DNA of 64,000 bases from Octopus vulgaris. Lineage: Eukaryota. The stretch lies in the NCBI GenBank assembly GCA_951406725.2, contig OX597828.1, positions 8,804,001-8,868,000 of the forward strand, in the 5' to 3' direction. Within the stretch, counting starts at the first letter, position 1, and each line of letters starts with the position of its first letter. The position numbers and the translations under genes are program-made. A model generated the notes under the pieces. The model was not told the origin of the DNA, made no database searches, and was given only the letters and a program-made list of their open reading frames with translations. Shown here piece by piece: positions 54,101-64,000 of this stretch.

Positions 54101-55149
54101 CAAAGAAGGAGCGATTTGTTGGTTAATCACCTATTCTGCAAATGCATATACTTTTTTGTATATGTACTTGCATATTGATGAACTAGGAGATCAAGCTGCA
54201 CGTTTACAACTGCGAAAACAATGTACGGTACACAGTGTCGAAGAGTACAATTTTCTTACTGAGCAACATCACGTTTAATCGAATGCACTGGATAAAGATA
54301 TTATTCTCGATTTCTCAGTGGACACGAAATATAAGATTGATCTGAACAGTTTCGATTACAGTTAATATTATATTCAAAGATCCCGAATTTCTACTTTTTT
54401 TCTCTGCAGAGAAACGTATAGCTGATAGCTGTATGATAGCTAAATGATAAGAAAGGGATAAAGTGGGTTCTTTAACACAACTTTATATATTCATTATAAT
54501 ATTTGGGGCTGCAAATAAGGAAGATTCATTAATGATGCTTTAAGTTGGCATTTTGGATTGTGGAATGACTTATAAACAATAGCCTGTTATAATGACCAAG
54601 ATTTGTAGGCACTTCAGCGATGTGTAATGGAGCACTAGGTTATTGAAGAAAATATGATGCATATCGAGTACGTTCATAACAATTTTTCTATCCTCGACGA
54701 AAGATTTTCAGGGAATTAAATATAGAATTTGAAGAGCTTGAAAATTGGATATCGATTAAATATTTTAGGTACGTATGTAGGAGTATGCGAATATAAATGA
54801 ATATCTAACAGAAAAACAATTCGGCCGAAAATTTAAATTGATGTTGTTTTATATCTCCTATTTCAGGGACATATTGATGTATTGGTGAAGAGTCGACGGC
54901 ATTGCAGAGTAGAAAAGATAAAGGTGTAGTTCAGAAAATATTAGCTTGGCATGGAGGACTAGGAACTATATGAATAGAGAACAAGTGCAACCTGTATAAT
55001 AGTGGTTCAGAAATGGTGTAAAACTGCACGCGTGTTCTGTGAAAATTGTAAAGGCTGTAAGACGTGATACGGACAATTGTAACTGACTACAAATCCGTGA
55101 CCAGCAGGATGCGACACATCAGCCATTTTGGCTGCAGCTGCACGCCGTA

Positions 55150-55518
55150 TTTAGTTTATCTTGGAAGAGCGACGGATGAACGGGGATGCTACTAGAAGAC
55201 TATATCTCTGGAAGCAAGTTTTGACAGCAGCAGTATTCGTCTCCTTGTGGTGCATCAGGAAGGAGACAGTAGTGTTTGCCGGAATAATTCTACGACTTCA
55301 CAAGCCCCAACATCTAATTTGTTCGATTGTAAACCCATGTGAGATACGTATTTGAAAACAAGACCCTATCTTCGTGCTACTTCAAGGCCAATATTGTCAT
55401 GGTGTTATAGGCAGAAACGTTAAGACATGTCCCTTTCTATTCAAGCTACAAGCTAATACGGTATTTTCCAAATTTGTCCTCCCGTCTTGGCTTCCATCAT
55501 TTCTGCATATTGGCTTCA

Positions 55519-55520
<2 letters not shown>
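55150..55520 (+). mobile_element. Possible very old CR1-like ORF2 fragment
   Basis: AGIILRL..SIVNPC..PYLR loosely follows the CR1 pattern (G.ILR.F...LVRP.LEY...W.PY). Confidence 0.25.
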
Positions 55521-55559
<39 letters not shown>

Positions 55560-55595
55560 CATATATACATATATATATATATACATACACATACA

Positions 55596-55692
<97 letters not shown>

Positions 55693-56021
55693 GAACGAAT
55701 GGAACAGATAAAAGGTTCTTTAACACGTCATAAATTAAAATTATTCGTTACAAATGTTTCTGTACTAGTTTGTGCAAAAATTTGAACTAAAAAATTGAGG
55801 TAAAGTTTGTGTTTCATGACATTAAAAGAAGCATTTCCAAGGATATTCACGACATATCTCAATACATTCAACAGATGAACAATACATTGAAGAGACGTCT
55901 AAAGAACTCAATCCACATCATCCACAACAATACACTGTTAGGGCACTTGACCATTTAACATCCTACTATTATCATAGCACTCCCACATTCATTATCCTCC
56001 TCCTCCTCCTTCTCATGTTTG

Positions 56022-56092
56022 TCTTCTTCTTCTTCTTCTTCTTCTTCTTCTTCTTCTTCTTCTTCTTCTTCTTCTTCTTCTTCGTCTTCTTC
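56022..56092. repeat. (TTC)n microsatellite
   Basis: Directly visible. Confidence 0.96.
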
Positions 56093-56239
56093 TCTGCCAA
56101 GAATTCACAACTACCTTGAACCCACACGAGTAAACAAGAGAGACAGAGACAGGCAGAAACAAGGAAAATACCCCTTGTATTTGAATGCTATGCAAATATT
56201 CTTTCCATTTAAATTTTCCAAATTTTTTTTCCATACTCA

Positions 56240-56275
56240 CAGTTGAAAAGGTCTCAATGACGGAAACCCGTACTG
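56240..56275 (+). ncRNA. Minimal hammerhead-like motif, U3-A8 core, two substitutions from ideal
   Basis: CAG-UUGAAAA-GGUC(ucaau)GACG-GAA-ACCCGU (ACCGGU-like)-A-CUG. Confidence 0.55.
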
Positions 56276-56362
56276 AAATGATTTTTATAAAATTATTTTA
56301 GCATTTTCTACCTCGACTTTTTTCCATTTATATACATTATATATACTTGTGTGAGTGTGAAT

Positions 56363-56923
56363 ATGATGATGGCTGCCCCCTCGTTATAGAGTATGGCCAT
56401 TGGACGAAGCTTAACTGTTATTGGTGCTGTGATTGAATGTGACTTTTTAGCCCAGCTAATGATCTACAATGGCTTGTACAGAATTGGCAACTAAAACCTT
56501 TACTGGTAATAGCCGGCTGTAGTTGTAACTGGGCTTCATGTACCTTTGCATGTCGTTTAAGTCCTCCTGTCGAATTACACTCTCTTCAACATGCCCGACA
56601 GATATGATTAGTATGGTGTGTTACACCACCACCAGTGGCCAGGTTGTCACTCATCTGTCTCCTGACATCCCTCCTTACTTTCTCATGCGCAACTCGATAT
56701 TTCTCAAAAGTAGCAGTCCCCTCGTGCACAATCCTTCTCCACCTGCTACGACTAATAGCTAGCCCTCCCATGTGTCAGGAGAGATGCAAGCATCTATTAA
56801 GGAAGCCTTCAGCAAGTCCTTATACATCTTTTTTGGTTTATGTCGAGGTCGTTCTCCTTTAGCTAACTCTCCATAAAAGAGTAGTTTTGGCATCCTTGAA
56901 TCCTTCATCCTGACCAGATGACC
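56363..56923 (-). mobile_element. RTE-clade LINE 3' fragment
   Basis: Minus translations RMKDSRMPKLLFYGELAKGERPRHKPKKMYKDLLKASL and RSRWRRIVHEG..HICRAC; ends GAGGGGGCAGCCATCATCAT. Confidence 0.85.
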
Positions 56924-57149
56924 ACTCTATCTGTATATCTCCATATACATACAAACATAAATACATACATGCATACATGCGTACGTACATATATACACAC
57001 AGTGACGATTGATCTTTTTCTTTATGTTATCGCATTGCCCCAACCTCTTTATATTAATATATCTTATACGCATTGGTATTCGTCAAAAATCGTCTATAGA
57101 TGTTTATGCTGACAGACGGAATTAACTGATGATGTGCCGTTTGAGCATT

Positions 57150-57200
57150 CCGCACTGATGATGCCTAAAGAATAGGCGAAACTAGGTGTCTAGTCAGAGT
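57150..57200 (+). ncRNA. Type I hammerhead with a canonical core; stem I disrupted
   Basis: CUGAUGA (57155-61), extra U, stem II GCCUA/UAGGC, GAAA, stem III ACUAG/CUAGU with GUGU loop, GUC triplet (C at 57195). Confidence 0.7.
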
Positions 57201-57396
57201 ATTCTTGTGTCGGTAATGAAGTAGCTACCTCCTTTGTTCAGCATATGTGTATACATTTCCGTGCTTCATACAGCAGTAAAGTATTATCACTGTTATTTCT
57301 AACAATGCATGTGCTTCGGAGTCATTAGTCCACTTAGTGACGCATACATATTTTTCTTTTATGGTATCACATTGCTCCTAGCTGTGTGGCGATATA

Positions 57397-57485
57397 GGTG
57401 CAGGAGAGGCTGTGGTAAGTAGTTTGCTTACCAGCCACATGGTTCCAGGTTCAGTCCCATACAAGTGTCCACTTGAGAGTGGATT
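57397..57485 (+). mobile_element. SINE family C head fragment
   Basis: GGTGCAGGAGAGGCTGTGGTAAGTAGTTTGCTTACCAGCCACATGGTTCCAGGTTCAGTCCCA. Confidence 0.75.
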
Positions 57486-58784
57486 ATATATATGGAAATC
57501 GAAAGATGTGGTTGTGTGTAGGTTTGAATCTAATAGCTCCAGAAGGAATGAATATGAACGCTTCCCCTAGATCTAATTCAATTGAATACCAACAATGCAA
57601 TTCATTCATACCTGGTTTTCTTAGGGTCTGTTTACCACCTATTTTTTCATAATCGTATTCTACATACGCATAAAGCATGCTATCGGAATGAATGTAAAGA
57701 AAAAGACGCTATCATCGTGTTGACGAAAAGCCGTAATAGCATATATACATATGTACATGTATATACACATACACGCTCAATAAAGCACACGGTACGTCAC
57801 TATATCTCTTTCTCTCTCCCCCTCTCTCCCTCTCTCTCTATATATCTATTTATTTTAACACATTATGTATGCATACACGAATGCATATGTATATCCGTAC
57901 GCACAATCATACTCATATATATACATATATATATTCTTCTTGAAAATGAAGCCCTTATCGAGAAAATTTGAGCTCCTGCCATCGTAGTAATCTCTACATT
58001 CTCCGGTATATATTGCATATTTCAAGATTATATGCAATTCTTTCAGGTAGATTTGTAGCCGATCTACTTGTTTATTACATCAGACGTTGAGTTTATAGCA
58101 TGGGATTATGATTGCCTGTGTTAGTGTGAAATTATTCTATATCCAGTGATAGTAGTAATAAACCTTCTTTCTATTTTGAGCTTCCAGATGTATTAAATAA
58201 ATTAATCTATATCCAATATTAAATAAGTTACAATATATTCACAAGAGTGAAAATGAAAAGGCAATCTTTACGTATATGCTACTATAGTATTGAATAGTAC
58301 TAATTTTGGAACAAATAACCAAGGCATCTACAAGAAATTTGCATCTATTCATTATATTGTTACTGTCTATCGCACAATGTTTTATTTACACATGGTGCAC
58401 AACACATTGTGTCACATCCAGTAGATGCCTATTAACTTGACTGGAATTAGCCATGTAAGTTTTTAACTATATAGCTGAATGCGTTGGTGAATAATCGTAT
58501 CTATATTGATATAGCGGCGTTTAATACTATTCATACGTGCATTTAAGCTTTCTCAGGTGAATCGAACGGAGACAGGATCTCAGGTTCGATTTCCGTTCTC
58601 CGTCTCTTCGGTGAGGGAACAATATAGAAAATATTTAAGTTTCATTTTATCTACAAACTTAACATAAATTCCTTTATGTTTGACAAAGTTCAAAAGAGTG
58701 CTACATAAACGGATGATACAAATCATTGTGAACATAGTAATAATATAGATAAGTAGTCTTTATAGTATTTGCTGTTGATTTTTA

Positions 58785-58835
<51 letters not shown>

Positions 58836-58837
<2 letters not shown>

Positions 58838-60210
58838 TTCACTATCACCACTCCTCTTTTGTCTTGCTTCAATATCTCTCTCAAAATTGCTCAATGATGC
58901 AGAGTAGGGTTATAAAATTTTGATAAAAATATAAATCATCTCATTTACATGGATGATTTAAACCATTTTGTAAAAATTTATCAACAACTCAAGGGCTTAC
59001 TAGCGATTGTTAAACAATTCAGTGATGACACCAGGATGCAATTTGGCCTCGATAAATGTGCAAAAGCTACCTTTATCAAAGGAAAAATGACAGAAACCTC
59101 TAACGTTAACCTTAACCAAGTGAACGTCATAAAAGAGTTAGAACCAAAAGAGACCTACAAATAACAAGGGGTACTTGAAGAAGACGGAATCAGCCATTCA
59201 ATGATGAAGAAAAGGATCAGAAGAGAATGTTATCGCAGGGTGAAAGAAATTCTTAAGACAGAGCTGAAAGCAAGAAACAGGATTGAAAAGATCAATGCTT
59301 TAGCCATATCAGTCGTGACTTACAATTTCAATATCATAGACTGGTCGAATAGTGAAATATATAATCTTGACAGAAAAGTACGAAAATTGTTGACAATGCA
59401 TAGAATGTACCACCCTAAGGCAGAAACAGAACGACTCTATCTGCCAAGAAAAGAGGGAGGCCGTGGACTTTTACAACTGGCATTGACAATGAAGATTACC
59501 ACTGAGGACTGGATGTTAAAACTTGTCTCAAAACATGAAAACAAGAAAGCATCATACTCACTAACAGGAATATCTAAGTGAATTCCAAATACAACAAATA
59601 TCGGAATTAGATATACAAGAAACAAGCAGAGAAAAAGCTAAGCGCTTAAAAACCCGTGCTAAAACTGCTGCCTTAGATATTCTGACAAATAAATGGCAGG
59701 AAAAGCCTCTCAATGGCAAATACTCTAAGAGAGCAAATAATGGCGATTTTGACAAAGCCCTTACACATCAATAGGTAATGGCCTCTGGCTTAAAATCTGA
59801 AACATAGCAGCCCAAGATCAATACCTACCTACAAGTTTCTATCAGGCCAACATATTAAAGAACGGTAGCTTCCCAGCATATCGTGTATGTCAACAACAAA
59901 TGAAATCATTGATCATGTTGTCTCAATGTGAAGTCTTCTTGCGCCTACAGAGTATCTCAACAGGCATGATAGAGCTGCACAATATATTCACTGGGTAATT
60001 TGCAAAATCCTGGACTTGCCTCATGATAAAACTGATGGGAACACAAACCACTTCCAGTGCTTGAAAATGGTCACATCTCACTCCTCTGGAACTTCACCAT
60101 TCAAACTCACAGAAAGAGAGATGCGAATAGGTCAGACATCATATTGTAAGACATCAGACAAAAATCATGCCTCCTCATTTATATGACTATCTCAATCGAT
60201 ATAAACGTAT
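58836..60210 (+). mobile_element. Decayed R4/Dong-clade element (RT to endonuclease) starting at a (TAA)n tract
   Basis: DSLSPLLFCL, INHLIYMDDL, FGLDKCAK, RLYLPRKEGGRGL, AAQDQ, RHD, LWNFTIQT; (TAA)n at 58786-58835; several stops and frameshifts. Confidence 0.9.
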
Positions 60211-60510
60211 CGCTTTTTATCTTGAAATTAGATCTCTATATCACGCACATATGGTTGTGATGCATATGCCTGATGTAACCTTATCAGACGTGTATCATGA
60301 TCGGTAAACTGTGTTTCATACATTTTACCCTACTTCAATGTCATGCTGAATTGGAAGGGCCCAGGCCTAGATTTAGTTCAAAGGTAGTTGCTAAAGAAAT
60401 TTAATAGTTTACATGTGAGGTTGAGGGAACAACTTCAGAATGGATGACTAGAGGGCGGACAATAATCATTATGAAAGTTAGAAGCAAGCGTAATACAGAT
60501 AGCAAATATA

Positions 60511-60743
60511 TATTTCTTTACTAACCACAAGGGGCTAAACACAGAGGGGACAAACAAGGACAGACAAACGGATTAAGTCGATTACATCGACCCCAGTGCG
60601 TAACTGGTATTTAATTTATTGACCCCGAAAGGATGAAAGTCAAAGTCGACCTCGGTGGAATTTGAACCCAGAACATAACGGCAGACGAAATACGGCTACG
60701 CATTTCGCCCGGCGTGGTAACGTTTCTGCCAGATTGCTGCCTT
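60511..60743 (-). mobile_element. SINE family A, full length, with a perfect 12-bp TSD
   Basis: Near-identical to 18792-19023; ATAGCAAATATA at 60499-60510 and 60744-60755. Confidence 0.95.
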
Positions 60744-60974
60744 ATAGCAAATATAAACCAATTACTTACTTACGATTAGTTAACAAGAAAACCAGAATTT
60801 ACAGCCACAACATCAGAAAGGTTGTAGAATGAAGGCCAGAAGAACGCATGATCTATTATACATACATAAATTCTGCTGTAAAGGAAGTAAATGCTACAAA
60901 AAAAAAAAACTAACAATAGCATGGATATATTATAGTAATGCGTATGAAATGATCTCACACTCATAGATAAGTGA

Positions 60975-62562
60975 ATGTTTGAGTTTATTCAATATCGCAG
61001 ATGACATAAGAAAATTAGTCATGTTTAGTATCAAGAAATGGAAAATAGATTTCTACTCAGGTGATTCACTCTTAGAGAATGTTAAAAGCAAAGTAGGAAT
61101 ATTTGCAGGAGGCATCGTTGTCCCCTTTAATATGTGTCTTATGTTTGATAGCCCTCAGTTTAGTATGAAGGAAGGCATAGGCAGGGAATCAGTTGCTAAA
61201 TTATATTAATAACCATTTGCTCTACATGGATGATCTGATGCTTTTTAGTAAGAATGAGGAGGAGATATATTCCTTAATGCAGACAGTAAGACACTTCAGC
61301 AAAGATATATGCGTGTAATTTGGAATATATAAATGTGCGATATTAGTCATGAGAATGGGGCAGGTAGTCAACAGCGAAGACATCCAATTACCGGATAGCT
61401 AGACATTAGAATCATTGAAAAGAGGAGAGGTATATAAGTATCTAGAAATATTAGGATCTGACAGGTTACTTGCTACAGAAACGAAAACGAAAATTGAGGA
61501 GTACATCAGAGTGGTAAGGTAGCTAATGAAGTCAAAGCTAAATGGTCTGAATCTAGTGAAGGCTGTAAATACTTGGGCAGTATCATCACTTAGATACTCA
61601 GCAGATTTTGTAGATTAGAAATAGAAAGCTAGACAGAAAAACTAAGAAGGAATTCAATATGAATGGAGTAGCAAGATGATAACTACTAGTGCCACAGCAA
61701 AACATAGAGAAACCAAATAAACCAATTGAAGTTAAAACCCAGAAAAAATAACAGAAATTATCTGAGTGTCAGGAGGGGGCGTTGTATGGTATATTCCCAA
61801 AGATCGTTGAAGCAAATGGTGGTAGTGAGATATGATAATGGTTGCAGAAATGAAAGTTGAAGAGAGACGCAGAGAGTTGTTAGTAGTGGCATATGATCAA
61901 TCATTATGAACTAATTGGATAAAAACCAAGGTAGACAAAAACCAACTTGTCTTCCAATGTAGGTTGTGCAAATCAAAAGAGGAAAGCGTTACTCTTATAG
62001 TAAGTGAATGTAGCATGCTGGCACAGAAAGAATACAAGACAGGATAACCTAATGAGAATAATCCACTGGGAGTTATGTATAAAGTTGGGATTTTATGTAT
62101 AAAGTTGGGATAATCATACTCATTAATAATATGATTATGAACCTAGTAAAGTACTAGAAAGAAAGAAATACAAGAAGTTGTGGGACTTTAGCATTCAGAC
62201 TGACAGAGTAATAAAAGCTAGAAGACCTGCTTTAGTAGTAGCGGGTGAAGCGCATAGAAAATGTCACATAGTTGACTTTACAGACCCAACTCATGAAAAG
62301 ATCAATATGAGCGGTATAGAAAATATAGCAAAGTACCAAGAGCTAGACATTAAATTATAGAGACTATGGAAAGTGCAGGCAAAATGCGTCCCAGTAGTTA
62401 TAGGTGCATTGGCAACTATCCTCAAAGTTTGGAACAGATGTGAGAGGAAATAGGCATAATACCCAATTTAGTACAACTCCAGAAAACAGTGTTATGAGTG
62501 AGAGCTAGGTTATTGGCATCTAAGGTTACTTAGGATCTTTTGACTTCCAACAGTCTAATCTG

Positions 62563-62563
<1 letters not shown>
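60975..62563 (+). mobile_element. Decayed R4/Dong-clade element ending in (TAA)n
   Basis: NHLLYMDDL, KAVNTWAV, CRLCKSKEESVTLIVSEC, LWDFSIQTDRVIKARRP, PVVIGAL; (TAA)n follows directly. Confidence 0.88.
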
Positions 62564-62782
<219 letters not shown>

Positions 62783-63000
62783 TGGTTTCAAATTTTGCCA
62801 ACAGCGAAGCAATTTTGGAGAGGGGCTTTGTCGATTACATCGACCCCAGTATTTCACTGGTGGTTAATTTATCGACCTCGAAATGATGAAAGTCGACCTC
62901 GAAGGAATTCGAAGGAATTCGAAGTTAGATCGTAGCGAGGGATGAAATACCGCTAGGTATTTTGTCCGGTGTGCTAATAATTCTGCCAGTTCGCTGCCCT
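62783..63000 (-). mobile_element. SINE family A copy with an alternative tail
   Basis: GTCGATTACATCGACCCCAGT..AATTTATCGAC..GAAATACCGCTAGG..TTCTGCCAGTTCGC. Confidence 0.82.
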
Positions 63001-63001
63001 C

Positions 63002-63072
63002 AAAAAATACCTGCGTCCACGGGTTGGCTCGAACTACTAAGCTTCCGGCTTTAAAAAATGCCTGCGTCTCTG
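63002..63072 (-). pseudogene. tRNA (Asn-like) 3'-half pseudogene with trailer and T6 terminator, plus a second partial 3' end
   Basis: Minus AGCCGGAAGCTTAGTAGTTCGAGCCAACCCGTGGACG-CAGGTA-TTTTTT resembles the recalled animal tRNA-Asn 3' half (AACCGAAAGGTTGGTGGTTCGAGCCCACCCAGGGACG); repeat CAGAGACG-CAGGCA-TTTTTT. Confidence 0.5.
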
Positions 63073-64000
63073 TTTTGTCTCTTGTGATCATAATATTGCG
63101 ACAAAAGTGTTAGACAAGCTAAGAAAATGTGAAAATTTCCTAATGGAAATCGAACGGAAGTAAAAAGGTGCGTCGGTGGGGGGGGGGGGCATATGAAGGC
63201 GATTATAATACCAGTGATTGTTACGACCGTACGGATTACTGTTTGAAAATTATTTGAGAATCATTACCGAATTATCATCTCTGCAACAACTGCAAAAGAC
63301 TGTTTTACCCTGTACGTTTTGAAAACAATAACTTTTAACGTAAATATATAATTATATTTATTTTATTTTTACATAACTTTATTTGATTTTATAAGAGAAA
63401 ACAGTATCATGTTTTTTTCAGTGGTCAGTCAAACAGACACACTGAATTTCTTTGCCCCAGATGTCAGATGGACAGTCGGCAACAAAGGGAAACATAAGTG
63501 AAGGTAAAAAAAATACATATTAATAATAATAATACTAGCAGTTTTAATCGTTGGTGTTGTATATTTTCTGTATTAATACGTTATATTTTATTTAAAACAT
63601 AGATTCATTATGGTAACCAAGTCAGCGAATATCTTACAACTTTTCGACGTTGTTGTGCTTGATGTCTTTGAAGAACAGCAAGTTGTCTGACCATCAGAAT
63701 GGATAAGGATCTAGCACACCATAAGGTGATGGTTCGAAATGCATTTAAATATTTAATGCATTTAAATATTTAATGCAGTTAAATATGAAAATAGACAATC
63801 ACATACATGCAAGCCCACACGCATGCACAGTTACACACTCACCCACGTGCTCACACTCACGTGCACACACACACACAGACGCACACTCACCACATATAGT
63901 CTTGGTGTGCAAATTGCCTCTTGAAATATTCTGCCAATAAATACCTTTATATTTCAATGTTGCGTTGGTATATTAATAATTTCGAAATAAAATCAGTTGC

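Overview
AT-rich, microsatellite-saturated eukaryotic (animal) non-coding DNA. The repeat repertoire looks like an octopus/coleoid cephalopod intron or gene desert; this is inferred from recalled repeat families, not a database match. No host exon can be supported, and almost all ORF-track entries are translations of simple repeats. The real coding content is all mobile-element derived: a near-intact Penelope-like element (RT + GIY-YIG, 45980-49104), a full-length decayed mariner, a 5'-truncated Tx1/L1-clade LINE, four R4/Dong-type fragments sitting in (TAA)n, and RTE, CR1, HERO and hAT fossils. There are also a hAT MITE, a non-autonomous Helitron and at least four tRNA-derived SINE families. 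The most interesting signal is a set of hammerhead-ribozyme motifs read by eye. One is the tail of a tRNA-headed SINE-like element, a candidate Penelope-dependent SINE. Three unrelated repeats carry a compensated U3-A8 core (UUGAAAA), including the Penelope element's own 3' region and a 275-bp fold-back. One further motif has a fully canonical core. The window also shows two short-element/LINE pairs with shared 3' tails (Tx1 and RTE). Folds and alignments were made by hand and need computational and biochemical confirmation.
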